A stretch of 63,103 bases of DNA, counting the filler, from Octopus bimaculoides (Eukaryota), in assembly GCF_001194135.2 (NCBI RefSeq). It is 7 parts of 6 records of this genome, joined end to end, with 100 filler letters (N's around TTAATTAATTAA, not from the genome) between each part and the next. Parts side by side here need not be neighbours in the genome. Positions count along the whole stretch, not along the records: positions 39,419 to 58,838 come from NC_068992.1; positions 58,939 to 63,103 come from NC_069000.1; 5 more parts are not named here. One strand, given 5' to 3'. A program made the position numbers and the translations under genes. The notes under the pieces were generated by a model that was not told the origin of the DNA, made no database searches, and saw nothing but the letters and a program-made list of their open reading frames with translations. Position 1 is the first letter of the stretch; every line of letters starts with the position of its first letter. Below are positions 48,471 through 62,263 of the stretch, in pieces.

Positions 48471-48600
48471 TCTGTCACTCACTCATTATGTATTTGAGCA
48501 TATTTCTAGTTATATGTATGCAGAGAGGGAAGCTGTTTGTCACTCGTATTCAATTGATAAATTGTAATTTCTCTCTCTCTCTCTCTCTAACTCACTCTCG

Positions 48601-48668
<68 letters not shown>

Positions 48669-49406
48669 GTCACTCTTTCTATCTTTATATGTATACTTCT
48701 GCGTGTGTGTTTTGCCACTAGTGTCAAAAGCTACTATCGTCAAAACGACACGATGTCCAGTCGGCCGGACCAAATCGTGCCAAGTCGGCTCACTCCGAAG
48801 GTTTAACGTGTTCTTGTAGCGATGCTTTTGGCACTGTTTTATATGTATGTCTGCAAAAAAGGCTTCAATTATATAAGAAAGTTTCCGTCGTGGTCGCTGT
48901 TGTTGTTGGTGGTGTTGTTGTTATGTTCTTGTTGATGTTGTGGGTTTTTAATTACTCCCTTAATCACCGTTCTGAGTTCAAATCCTACCAAAGGCCAACA
49001 TACTTTTGTTGTATTGTTTCTTTTTATTTTCTTATTTCTAAATTCGGTAAAACAATTATCAGTCAAGTAGATACTGTCTTAGTGTCATTGTGTATCAAAA
49101 TAGATAGGATGGTCATCAAGTAGTAATGGTGGTGGTGGTGGTGGTAACAGTAGCTGTTGAGGCCACAGCTGCTGAAGCCGAAGCAGTAGTACTGCAGTAG
49201 AGGCTGCGATGAGTTGTATACTCTTTTACTTGTTTCAGTCATTTGACTGCGGCCATGCTGGAGCACCGCCTTTATGGTTGAGCAAATCAACCCCAGAGCT
49301 TATTCTTTGTAAGCCTTGTACTTATTCTATCGGTTTCTTTTGCCGAACAGCTAAGTTACGGGGACGTAAACACACCAGCATCGGTTGTCAAGCGATGCTG
49401 GGCGTG

Positions 49407-49490
<84 letters not shown>

Positions 49491-50114
49491 NNNNNNNNNN
49501 NNNNNNNNNNNNNNNNNNNNNNNNNNNNNNNNNNNNNNNNNNNNNNNNNNNNNNNNNNNNNNNNNNNNNNNNNNNNNNNNNNNNNNNNNNNNNNNNNNNN
49601 NNNNNNNNNNNNNNNNNNNNNNNNNNNNNNNNNNNNNNNNNNNNNNNNNNNNNNNNNNNNNNNNNNNNNNNNNNNNNNNNNNNNNNNNNNNNNNNNNNNN
49701 NNNNNNNNNNNNNNNNNNNNNNNNNNNNNNNNNNNNNNNNNNNNNNNNNNNNNNNNNNNNNNNNNNNNNNNNNNNNNNNNNNNNNNNNNNNNNNNNNNNN
49801 NNNNNNNNNNNNNNNNNNNNNNNNNNNNNNNNNNNNNNNNNNNNNNNNNNNNNNNNNNNNNNNNNNNNNNNNNNNNNNNNNNNNNNNNNNNNNNNNNNNN
49901 NNNNNNNNNNNNNNNNNNNNNNNNNNNNNNNNNNNNNNNNNNNNNNNNNNNNNNNNNNNNNNNNNNNNNNNNNNNNNNNNNNNNNNNNNNNNNNNNNNNN
50001 NNNNNNNNNNNNNNNNNNNNNNNNNNNNNNNNNNNNNNNNNNNNNNNNNNNNNNNACGCGTGGACGTGGTGCAAGTACTGTATTATCAGATGTTCAGGAA
50101 AGGAAAAAAAGAGG

Positions 50115-50149
50115 ATTTAACGTTTCGAGCAAAGCCCTTCTTCAGAAAT
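50115..50149 (-). ncRNA. Minimal hammerhead motif with canonical core and extra A (in terminal-repeat segment 50056-50230)
   Basis: Minus strand ATTT-CTGAAGA-A-GGGC-TTT-GCTC-GAAACGT-T-AAAT. Confidence 0.75.
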
Positions 50150-50269
50150 AGAGTAAAGTCCAAAAGAAAGGAAGACGGAGGAAGAAAATCGCCAACGATA
50201 CACACGTGGTTACATTTCGAAATACACACACACACACATATATATTTCGGTGCTGATAACTTTGATAGG

Positions 50270-50750
50270 TTTCGGCCAGTATAGGCGAGGCCGTGCTTAA
50301 CTTAATAGCACCACCTGGTGAAGTCTTTTAGTCATACATGGGTCACAGAGTTATTATTGGTGGAGACATTTCCGGGTGTAGGAGGATAGTCCGGAAGTTT
50401 TTGAAAAACTCCGCCTAGTGAACTTTTGAATTTTATGGGATCCGTTTCCGTTTTGACGTATCTTGGTATGGTATTAAAGAGAGCTGGACCAGTTAAGGTA
50501 AAGTAGTTGTGATGTAATATTGTTATGTGTCCTGAGTTCGATTTTTGTAGTGGGTGGACAGCACAGGGCCAAGTCTTGGATGGATTTTAAAATTGATGCT
50601 AACATCATTTGTGCAATATTGATGGAATATTTTCCACATCATACAAATGATGTAGTGCTCCCGCCGGCGTTGGAGAGAGTCGAGATTGAGTTTTTCTAGT
50701 CGACTCCAATAGTCAATGCTTCTCATGCCGTCTATCTTTCTTATGTACGT
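50270..50750 (-). mobile_element. CR1/L2-type LINE 3' fragment
   Basis: IDYWSRLEKLNLDSLQRRRE..II..WKI, then (frameshifted) GPALFNTIPRYVK...FKSSL, typical ORF2 C-terminal motifs. Confidence 0.7.
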
Positions 50751-51012
50751 ATGTATGTATGTGTGTGTGTATGTATGTATGTATGTATGTATGTATGTAT
50801 GTATGCTCACACACACACACGCGCATGCTTATGTATATATATTCTTTGTATTATTACATTATTGAACGCACACGTCCTATTTTGCAAGTAAGTCTACTAT
50901 ATATATATATATATATACATGTATACATCTGTATTTGTGAGTGAGAATATACGTATGTATGCATTCATGTATGCATGTATGTATCTTTCGTATGCATCTG
51001 TTGTCTGTACCT

Positions 51013-51048
<36 letters not shown>

Positions 51049-52631
51049 TAAATGAAAAACTGCATTGTACATAAACGGCATACGAAAAACGTATACGTAT
51101 ATTGAGGGTACAATCGGACGGGCGACAGACACAAAGAATCCCTAAATGGTTTAGTCGAATAAATTGCTCCCAATAGTTATGCACCTTTCTTAAGTCTGGG
51201 ACTTATTCCAATCCACTCAGTTGCGGGTATAGAAAACAAATCCACACCTGTTGCCAAACCGTAGCGGTGTGAGTAGAGATAAATACCCACACACATACAT
51301 AGGCATGTTTCGGTATTAGTATATGACGTCAGTCATGGGTGAGTGCATGTACGAGTGTGTTTTTGTCGAGAAAGTGCTTTGTCGAGAAAATGAAACACGA
51401 TATTACATACTGGCTCGTGACGTAATATACGTTCACCGAAAGGCGACGAGCTGGCAGAAACGCTAGCACGCCGGGCGAAATGCTTAGTGGTGTTTCGTCT
51501 GCCGCTACGTTCTGAGTTCAAATTCCGCCGAGGCCGACTTTGCCTTTTATCCTTTCGAGGCCAATTAAATAAGTACCAGTTACGCACTGGGGTCGATGTA
51601 ATCGACTTAATCCCTTTGTCTGTCCTTGTTTGTCCCTTCTGTGTGTAGCCCCTTGTGGGCAGTAAAGAATTAAGAAATGCTAACACGCCGGGCGAAATGC
51701 TTAGCGGCATTTCGTCTGTCTTTACGTTCTGAGTTCAATTCCGCCGAGGTTGACTTTGCCTTTCGTCCTTTCGGGGTCGATAAATTAAGTACCAGTTGTA
51801 TAATAGGGTCGATCTAATCGACTGGGTCCCCACCCCAAAAAGTTTCAGGCCTTGTGCCTAGAGTAGAAAAGGATATACTTTCACCAAAAGATTGTCATAC
51901 ACGCACGCACGCAGACAGACACACACGACTGGCTCTCGTACAGCTTCTGTCTCTTAGATTTGCTCACAGGTCATTGGTCATCACGGTGCTACAGTATAAC
52001 AAAGTGTACCCACGTTGGCGCGCAGGTGGGACTGAACCTGAATCCTGTTGGTGTCTAACCGAGATTCTTAAGCATACAGTCATGCCTACGCCCTTTTATA
52101 TTTATTTATATATTTACATGTTTATTTGCAGACTCACCCCTGCGGCTGTAGACTCACACATGGTCTCTTAGAGGTGTGTCTCACCGATCTCCCTTCCCAT
52201 GTAGGCTTGCGATAAACCATCCTTTAAAGTTCGTCGCATGCCTGAAGCGCGTAGTGTAGGAATATTATACAAACCACATACCCAACCCACAAACGGTGTG
52301 TGTGTGTGTGATGTTTCTGCGTGCGTATATGTGTGTACTCCGGTTCTGCTCTCATGAATTTTGATGTATGTACGCCCAGCTCTTATGTTTACTGCAAAAT
52401 TACATTTAACCATAAATATTTTGCACGCAAATACATATCCTTCCATCGCGTTGCGTTGCTGAAAGTCCTGCCGTAACCTGGAGTGTCGTTACGTGAAACC
52501 TAGTTGCATTACTTTGCTTAAACTTAGGTGTATTTTGAGGTCCGAACGTATATATATATGTATATGTGAATACATACATAAAGGCCAGATATCTAAAAGC
52601 TAACCTCGAAAGGAGGGAGACGGAATTTCCG

Positions 52632-53090
52632 TTTTAAGCACACTATATAATCCCTCATAAAAATTTTATTTTTTGAATTTTTAGAAAATCTTTGTGAATT
52701 TGTTATACACACAAGACTTCATACACCTGCAAAAACAAAAGAAATGTGTTTTGGTGCGTGATTTAAAGGTTATTCAGCTGTTGGTTTTAGCACGTCTTAC
52801 GACCACCTCATACCTTCCTCGTTTGTTTGTCAATCTGATGTTTGATATTTTTCAGCATCTTTCTCTCCATAGATACATTTAATAGTCTGTTGCCGGAATT
52901 TAAGCCAAAATTTAGGACTCTCCGTATTGTAAATTGTGATTAAAAAGTTTGTTTTTAAATTTCGAAAAATTACAAAAATTTTTTTTTTTTACATAGTCGA
53001 GTGAATTCCTGTGTGTACAAATTCGCAAAAATTTTCTGAAAATTCAAAAAAAAAAGAAAATTTTGAGGTGTTGAAACGGTGTGCTTAAAA
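52632..53090. mobile_element. Long-inverted-repeat (foldback-like) element
   Basis: 52632-52720 and 53003-53090 are imperfect inverted arms (TTTTAAGCACAC...GAATTTTTAGAAAATCTTTGTGAATTTG...). Confidence 0.6.
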
Positions 53091-53119
53091 GCAGAATTGC
53101 GCCGTATTTTGCTATAGGT

Positions 53120-53334
53120 CGGTGATTCTCAACTATTTTCTACCTATGGGCTCCTTTAATTCCTATTTTACTCGGATGGACTCTCCTAGTCATTCGGAGG
53201 AATTGTATAAAAAAAATTGTTAAGATATTTTGTGAATTGAAGAAATGTAACAAATTTATTGCGGATAACTTTTAACAACAAAATCTTATATGGAACCCTA
53301 AGGGTCAGTGATGGATCCCGGTTGTGAACCACTG
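53120..53334. mobile_element. Old hAT MITE (215 bp)
   Basis: Termini CGGTGATTCTCAACT / GGTTGTGAACCACTG (CAGTGGTTC-type TIR); 8-bp flanks CTATAGGT / CAATTGGT (6/8). Confidence 0.55.
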
Positions 53335-54634
53335 CAATTGGTAACGTTGCGGTCGAACTAATAAAAGTACACATGTGTATGTATGTATGTATGTATGTAT
53401 GTAGGTAGGTAGGTAGGTGTGTATGTATGCGGTGGGGAAGCGTGCAATGGCGCCTTTGGCTGACTATATGGAAAGCCAACAATGTCAGCACTATACTTAA
53501 CGTTATCACTTTGATCATCTACATCTGTATACCATAACATCTTTGTGTTTTTCTCTCTCTTTCTTTCCTTTCCCTCTCTCATCTCTCTCTCCCTCCCTCT
53601 CCCTCTCTCTTTACCATCCCGATTCCACCTCCCATACATGATTAGAAAAAGTAGGGCTGTATGCAACACAATGTTTTTCGTGCCATTAATTTAACATTTT
53701 GTGTTGATTATATTAATTTTACCCTAATTTAACATTAACACAACAACAATTAAGACACGTACATTCATACGTGTATATGTACATACATAATTGCATGACG
53801 GCCGCGACTAGATTTCGAACAATGTCATCGCTTGATTGTTCTCTGAACACGACCTGCGCAGATGTGGTCTTACAGTCCTGCTTGGGGGCCCACTCCCTTT
53901 TGCACAGATGTGGTAACAATGAGTGCCTCTTACTGAAGGGTTGCGAGGACTTACCAGCCCGGCTGACACATGCCTTTATTCAATCATTAGATTTTATTGA
54001 GTGCTTTGCCTATATCCGAAGGTGTTAAAATACCCTTTGCCTATACCCGAAGCTGTTAAAAACGAGCTAATCTCATTCCCTAAACAACGTATGCATATAC
54101 CTCAAAAGAAGTACTAGTCTATATCACTGGATGCAAACGAAGTCGCAAGTGTTACATCAGTTTTCCTTCTCCTAGAGAGATGTCAAAACAAAGACTAAAC
54201 GTCTCTCACTCTCAGCTATTAGATAGCCATTGTTTTTGTTGAGTTTATCCGCTCTTTGGCAGGTTTTGTTTTAAGTTCTGCAGTGTGTCCTTACCAAGCA
54301 TGTTTGGTAGGGTTATCAGTTTAGTCGCCGAGAGCGAGACCATGCGACAGGTTGTACTACGTTACATGTTACCTGTAGCACTAAGAGTAACGTAACATAC
54401 ATAACTACCGACATTCTTACTTGAGAATACCAACAGAGTTGACTATATTGCGACCGGTGGGTCAAAAGAATATCGGTGGAACTTAAAGATTAAAACGACC
54501 ACCAAGTTAAAACACAGCCAGCCAGATTATTGTTGTGTGGGACCAGAAATGTGTCCTTACTGAAATTTTCTGAGGAAAAATAACTTTGGCTTTGAAGTAC
54601 TCTCACGAGGAGAGAATATTTTCTACCAAAGTAA

Positions 54635-54892
54635 GTAAAGAAAACACCAGATGCGGTATTAAAAACTGTTAACGAAATTGGTGACGTGTATTTACAACTT
54701 TGTGATGAGCCCACATACTGGCAGATTAACGCCTGTCTATATTATCTGGGTGCTACTGTAAAACGGTACATGAATGATATTCAAAAAGTAAACAAAACCG
54801 AAATAACAAAGGAAGTACCATCAAGACTACTGATCCAATCCATCACTGGAACTGTAGAAATCTGTAAAACTTTCCAGAAGTTTATCATTTAA
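54635..54892 (+). mobile_element. Coding-like relic, possibly from an R4/Dong-like non-LTR ORF
   Basis: 85 open codons (TPDAVLKTVNEIGDVYLQLCDEPTYWQINACLYYLGATVK...) resembling the region before RT in R4-like elements; assignment tentative. Confidence 0.3.
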
Positions 54893-54951
54893 ATATATAT
54901 GAGCATGTCTAGATATGCAACTATATGCATGAGAATACATAAATAATAATA

Positions 54952-55195
54952 AGGCGGTGAGCTGGCAGAAACGTTAGCACGCCGGGCGAAATGCTTAGCG
55001 GTATTTCGTCTGCCGCTACGTTCTGAGTTCAAATTCCGCCGAGGTCGACTTTGCCTTTCATCCTTTCGGGGTCGATTAAATAAGTACCAGTTACGCACTG
55101 GGGTCGATATAATCGACTTAATCCGTTTGTCTGTCCTTGTTTGTCCCCTCTGTGTGTAGCCCCTTGTGGGTAGTAAAGAAATAATACATAAATAA
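54952..55195 (+). mobile_element. tRNA-headed SINE family B with a Meta/Sauria-like central domain (also 51440-51680, 51680-51860, 6900-7025, 21000-21400, 23930-24100, 41985-42360, 58940-59700; inverted 27450-27665)
   Basis: AAGGCGGTGAGCTGGCAGAA head, B box GAGTTCAAAT, central GACTTTGCCTTTCATCCTTTCGGGGTCGAT..AATAAGTACCAGT; 51440 and 54952 copies are nearly identical. Confidence 0.85.
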
Positions 55196-55873
55196 AACAT
55201 ACAAATCTGCACATACATACATACATACATACATACATACATACACACATACATGCAGATAGACAGACAGACTGAACATTATCATCTTTAAAATCAACAT
55301 GAAAGAAATTAAATACCTCCCATAAAGTAGGTAGTGAATAATGAAAAAACATGTCACAACCTAAAAGCAATTTCTTCGCTGGAATCCTAAACTTTCCCTT
55401 TGATGTTGGTGGTGATGGTGATGGAGGGAAAAGAATCCTCCACACTGCACATCCACCCACATCAGGTTAAGTATTGCAGATCAAGATGGTTATTATATTC
55501 ACTCTTGTTATGGTAGTAGTATTTTAAAGTGGACGATGACGCTAGTTTTGTGTTACCATCTACATTTGTTTCCGCTCAGAATTGAGAGCTGCCTCTTCTC
55601 TCCCATCCGGAAAATTCTCGACATGTTTCTGCCGATCATTTCCGCAAATCTGCAGTATTTGTCAACATCGACGTCAGTCACATTTTTCGTTGGTGGTTAG
55701 CTCGGGCTCATAATTTATTACCTATATATATATAAAATAATAAAGGGTATCTAAGAGATACCACCATGCTTGAAATAACAGGCAAAACTTGACTCTAAAA
55801 CCACATTAAATGTTCATACAGCACCATAGAGAAGACAAAGAGACAAAATAAACTAGCAAAAAATTACTGGATA

Positions 55874-55932
55874 ATTCCAGATCCCGGATTTCTGGCTCTG
55901 CATAAGAAATCCTCCGCCTTCATCAGTGGAAT
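55874..55932 (-). ncRNA. Type-I hammerhead motif with long loop II and near-palindromic stem III
   Basis: Minus strand ATTCCA-CTGATGA-A-GGC-(19 nt)-GCC-A-GAA-ATCCGGGAT-C-TGGAAT; AUC triplet, predicted cut 55880/55879. Confidence 0.7.
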
Positions 55933-56195
55933 ATACTCAGATAGCACATAAATACAAATATATATATGTAGGTATATATATATACTCTCTTTTACTCTCT
56001 TTTACTTGTTTCAGTCATTTGACTGCGGCCATGCTGGAGCACCGCCTTTAGTCGAACAAATCGACCCCAAGACTTATTCTTTGTAAGCCTAGTACTTATT
56101 CTATCGGTCTCTTTTGCCGAACCGCTAAGTTACGATGACCTAAACACACCACCATCGGTTGTCAAGCGATGTTGGGGGGACACAGACACAAAGAT

Positions 56196-56236
<41 letters not shown>

Positions 56237-57887
56237 CATATATACGNNNNNNNNNNNNNNNNNNNNNNNNNNNNNNNNNNNNNNNNNNNNNNNNNNNNNN
56301 NNNNNNNNNNNNNNNNNNNNNNNNNNNNNNNNNNNNNNNNNNNNNNNNNNNNNNNNNNNNNNNNNNNNNNNNNNNNNNNNNNNNNNNNNNNNNNNNNNNN
56401 NNNNNNNNNNNNNNNNNNNNNNNNNNNNNNNNNNNNNNNNNNNNNNNNNNNNNNNNNNNNNNNNNNNNNNNNNNNNNNNNNNNNNNNNNNNNNNNNNNNN
56501 NNNNNNNNNNNNNNNNNNNNNNNNNNNNNNNNNNNNNNNNNNNNNNNNNNNNNNNNNNNNNNNNNNNNNNNNNNNNNNNNNNNNNNNNNNNNNNNNNNNN
56601 NNNNNNNNNNNNNNNNNNNNNNNNNNNNNNNNNNNNNNNNNNNNNNNNNNNNNNACAACAAAGTGAGGACGTGATACGGATAGTGTTATTGGACGCTCGG
56701 GAAAACGAATACTTACATATACGCACGTATACATATATATGCACGTATGCACACGTCCAGTTTAAAATGTCCGCCTAAAACTCCTCGTGCGATATGGTCA
56801 AAATACCACCGCAGTGAATATAATGACGAAATAAATATATAAATTTATATAAATAAGGATAAGATCATTATTTAAAATACCGATCCTATCAGGTGGCCAG
56901 CATGGGAATAAAAACCTCAGATGGTAATAATTATTATTAAAATTATAATTAGGGGTATCTAAGAGATACCGCCATGCTTAAAATAGCAGCCAAAAGTTGA
57001 CTTAAATGTTCATACAACACCAGGAGACAAAATAAACCAACAAGTCTAGTCCCACTAGAATATTTTATGGGTTTTAAAGCAGAAAAGTTGTAGTTAAAAG
57101 TAAAATGGCAATTATAAATAAGAGAATGCAAAAGAAATTTGTAAACTGGTTTTATTAACTGAATTGATTACCTTAAAGATGGGACGATCTGTGTGCTCGT
57201 ACAGCGGATTTCCGCTCGTACTTCAAGACAAAAATTCGCACGAGTCTCGGCTCGTACAGCAAATTACTCCTACAATGGTGCACGCGTACTGCGAGGTTCT
57301 ATTGTGCATGTATATATATATATGACGGCTTAGACACAGTTTCGGCCTATGGAATTCAATTACAAGCCATGTGGTTGCAAAACGCGCTTCTTAATCTCAC
57401 AGTCATGCATATTGAAATTCTGTGCACTTTTTGCATTTCTTTATATAACTTATGGATGTAATTGTCATGCTTTCATTTCATTACAGGACCTCCAATGATG
57501 TTCTTGGGTGGGTGTGGATGTGTTTATATATTTATGTTTATTTAGATAAAGAGACGGAATACATCTAGATTATAAATTTATCTTCTAAATACAAAAACGT
57601 ATCTATTATCCATTATATATCTCTGTCCTCCTATCCCATCTCCTTTTCTCTCTCTCTCCACATACATACATACATACATACATACACACATAATTATATG
57701 AATACATACATATATATATATATTCATATATATATGGGGAGAGAGAGAGAGAAAGAAAGAGAGAGAGAAAGAAAGAGAGAGAGAAAGTTATGTAGATATA
57801 CGTGTGTGTGTGTAGTCGCCATGATCGACCGCTAGGCACTAAAGCTTTCTCTTTTTATTCTCTCTCTCTGTTTATTTCCCTGTGTTC

Positions 57888-57923
57888 CTTTCTGTTGAAG
57901 AGCGTAGGCTCGAAACGTAAAAG
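57888..57923 (+). ncRNA. Minimal hammerhead motif, A6U variant with extra A, GUA site
   Basis: CTTT-CTGTTGA-A-GAGC-GTAG-GCTC-GAAACGT-A-AAAG. Confidence 0.7.
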
Positions 57924-58012
57924 ACTTTCTCACCTTCCCGAGCGTTAAACCAATACACCTGTTTGTTGTTTATACACCTGTCTTCATCTTTTGTTTTTTG
58001 TAAATTCTAACT

Positions 58013-58083
<71 letters not shown>

Positions 58084-58405
58084 NNNNNNNNNNNNNNNNN
58101 NNNNNNNNNNNNNNNNNNNNNNNNNNNNNNNNNNNNNNNNNNNNNNNNNNNNNNNNNNNNNNNNNNNNNNNNNNNNNNNNNNNNNNNNNNNNNNNNNNNN
58201 NNNNNNNNNNNNNNNNNNNNNNNNNNNNNNNNNNNNNNNNNNNNNNNNNNNNNNNNNNNNNNNNNNNNNNNNNNNNNNNNNNNNNNNNNNNNNNNNNNNN
58301 NNNNNNNNNNNNNNNNNNNNNNNNNNNNNNNNNNNNNNNNNNNNNNNNNNNNNNNNNNNNNNNNNNNNNNNNNNNNNNNNNNNNNNNNNNNNNNNNNNNN
58401 NNNNN

Positions 58406-58451
<46 letters not shown>

Positions 58452-58475
58452 CATACAGAGAGAGTGAGTTATGTA

Positions 58476-58514
<39 letters not shown>

Positions 58515-58786
58515 CACGCTCGCGCGTACTTGTCTGCGTGTGTATGTTTGTGTATGTATGTGAGTGTTTCGATAACGTTGAAAGTTCAAATGTATAACAT
58601 TAAAATATACTCGTATAACTCCATTACGCTTACTCTACGTACACGTGTATATCTTAATCTATATATATATATTTACACAACCTTATTAACACATTCTCAC
58701 AAACGCACACGCGCGCAGACACACACATACACACATTCATGCACACGTGTAAACGTACGCATGTAAAATATGTAAACACACCGCAT

Positions 58787-58838
<52 letters not shown>

Positions 58839-59224
58839 NNNNNNNNNNNNNNNNNNNNNNNNNNNNNNNNNNNNNNNNNNNNTTAATTAATTAANNNNNN
58901 NNNNNNNNNNNNNNNNNNNNNNNNNNNNNNNNNNNNNNATTTCGTCTGAGTTCAAATTCTGCCGAGGTTGATTTTGCCTTTCATCCTTTTGGAGTCGATA
59001 AATTAAGTACCAGTTGCGTACTAGAGTCGATCTAATCGACTGCCCCCCCCCAAAAAAAAATAACAACAAAATTTCAGCATTTGCACTTATAGTAGCAAAC
59101 CATATTGTGACAGTTACAGAATATAGAAAGAAGTGTAAAACCGATAACTATATAATCCAACCAAAATATCTCGCAAACGTAAACAGAATTACTCTTTAGC
59201 TTTAAAATACATCGTACATATTCA

Positions 59225-59271
<47 letters not shown>

Positions 59272-60422
59272 GGCGGCAACCTGGCAGAATCCTTAGTACT
59301 CCTGAAGAAATGCTTAATGGCTTTTTGTCCGTCTTTATGTTATAAGTTAAAATTCCGCCAAGATCGTCCTTGTCTTTCATCCTCTCGTGAGTTAATAAAA
59401 TAAGTACCAGTGAAGTAACGCAGTTGATGTAATCGTCTTCATCCTCCCCTCAAAACTTGTCTCTGTGCCACGATTGAAACCATTATCATCATTATTAAAG
59501 CAGCAAGCTGCAAGAATCATTCTAACGCTGGACAAAATACTCAGCAGTATTTCGTCTCTCTTTACGTTCTGAGTTCAAATTCTACCGAGGTTGGTTTTCA
59601 TCCATTCGAAATCGATGAAATAAGTAGCAGTCGAGAACTGGAGTCGTTGTACTCGAGTAGCAACCTTCCCCAACATTTCAGGCCTTTTGACTATAGAAGA
59701 TAGAGTTATTTCCCATAAGGTGAATACGATAAACTGATAGAATCTCTAGCGCATAGGACAAAATTATTTGTTTGTTTGTGCGCATACGTGTGCATCAGTG
59801 AGCATGTGTGTACACATATGCATGCATTTATGTATTGTATGTATGTATGTATGTATGTATGTATGTATGTATGTATGCGAGTGTGTGTGTATACATATAT
59901 ATGTGTGTCTATGCGTGTGTATACGTTTGTATGTATTCTGCTTATTCATGTGTGTTCATGTTTGTGTGTTTCTATGTGTATGTCTTTGTGTATGTATCTC
60001 TCTCCTTGTGTGTGCATGCTTGAGGGTGTTTATATGTATGGGTTTCTGTGACTATGTACGCGTGTATGTTATGTATGGATATATTGTATATGCATACACA
60101 AGCACACACGCATACATACACACATACATATGTGGATACACATGCACAGTGACGCACACGCAAGCACACAAACAAACAAAAAGCAGCTCCGATAATGGAC
60201 AGAGTCAGTGACTATTGAAGAGGTTGCAGGAACCAACAAAAATTTTAGAAGAAATAAATAAGTAAATGAATGGAAATCGAACCAGTGTGTGTGTGTTAAT
60301 TAATAAGGCATTAAAACAGAATGGCTCTCCTCGGACACAATGAAATTTGCTTCAACACAAGAATTCACGTAAAGAATCTTGCAAACCAAAAACAAATACG
60401 AAATGTGTGTGTGTGTTATATG

Positions 60423-60521
<99 letters not shown>

Positions 60522-60544
60522 ATATATATATATATATATATATA

Positions 60545-61370
60545 AGGTGCGCTGAAAAACCTGTCGTCTAAATTACGCAAAAATGAAATTAACACTGATA
60601 TCTCATTTTAATAGATATATTTACCAAAATTACTTAAAAACATCTTGAAATACTAAATAGTAAATGTATTCAATAACATCGCCATTGGCTTCAACTATGA
60701 CCTCCAAACGACTTCGAAATCTCCTGTAAATCTTCTGGATGATCTCCTTGTTTATTTTGGTGAATTCTGCCATAATCTTTGCTTTCATCAGTTTATCAAG
60801 GAGTTCTGTTGGTCTCTCGCTCAACTGCGCCTCACAGATAATAATCAAGTGGGTTGCAGTCTGGTAGCCAGAGGTGATATGGTCGCAGACATTGTCTGAA
60901 AGCCATGACTGTGTTCTTCTGCTTATGTGGCATGGTGCAGAGTCCTGTTGCCAGACATAGGGTCTTCGAGCACTCACCTTCTTGACCCAGGGCGATACTA
61001 TCTCCTTCAGGCACTTGATGTAGGCCTCCGTGTTGAGTCTTAGGCCGTATGGGAAGAGGAATGGAGGCATAACGTCGCCATCACTCATGATAACTTCAAA
61101 CACCATGATGTTGACTGGATGTTTGATTTTTATCACTCTCAGTGCTCAGATTGCACTGTCCTGCGATTGACACCCAAACACTCTGAAACGTTTGTATTAG
61201 AACTTCCGGCGCGAATGCCAAGTAGTACAACATGTTGTTTGCAAATTTCTGGCAGAGTGAACTGCGTCATCTTGTTGACCACGCCCATCTGGCCCTACTA
61301 TACTGTGCAGTCAATAAAATCAAAAACAAACAATGCGCATGCGCGAAATTAAAGATGTAAACTGGTGACT
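60545..61370 (-). mobile_element. Internally deleted Tc1/mariner transposon, maT (DD37D)-like
   Basis: N-terminal HTH remnant (MTQFTLPE...ECLGVNRRTVQ) joined to KHPVNIMVF..SDGDVMPP, RPYVWQQDSAPCH and frameshifted PDCNPLDYY; termini degenerate. Confidence 0.8.
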
Positions 61371-61376
61371 TTACTC

Positions 61377-61426
<50 letters not shown>

Positions 61427-61749
61427 CTTGAAAAATATCTTACATCTCCAGACTAAGTATGGATAAATGTACAGCAATCATTTGGAGACATTAAAAGTAG
61501 CGTGGAGACTAAGCAACAACGAAAATCCCCAACTCCAAACAACATCCATTTCGACTTATCGAGACATACGAGACCACTTCTGAAAACCAGCCTTTCACTC
61601 TGATCCTCAAAGTATGGGAAAACCAGCGAAAATATCATATCGGAGAAATCGCCTCCAAATCGTCGTGGAAAACGATCCTCACGAATCTTAATACGTTTTT
61701 CGCTTTTTACATACAAACACACACATACATATACATATAGACTTATATA

Positions 61750-61866
61750 CAAGCGTACATAGATGCACAAAAATATGCACACATAAGTTCCCTGCATGTA
61801 TATATAAATATAAATAAATATATATATATATATATTCATGTTGTGAGGGATGAGAGAAAAATAGGC

Positions 61867-61932
<66 letters not shown>

Positions 61933-62009
61933 NNNNNNNNNNNNNNNNNNNNNNNNNNNNNNNNNNNNNNNNNNNNNNNNNNNNNNNNNNNNNNNNNNNN
62001 NNNNNNNNN

Positions 62010-62051
<42 letters not shown>

Positions 62052-62072
62052 TATATATGTGTATACAGATTC

Positions 62073-62105
<33 letters not shown>

Positions 62106-62190
62106 TACACATACATATATATATATCTATATATACATACACACATATATATTTATATATACAAATATACTTTTGTGTATATGTACACGT

Positions 62191-62263
<73 letters not shown>

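Noticed and set aside
48325-48800. Possible Mutator-like MITE with CpG-rich ends around (CT)n tracts
   Set aside because: Putative TIRs match only about 11/19 and no TSD is visible.
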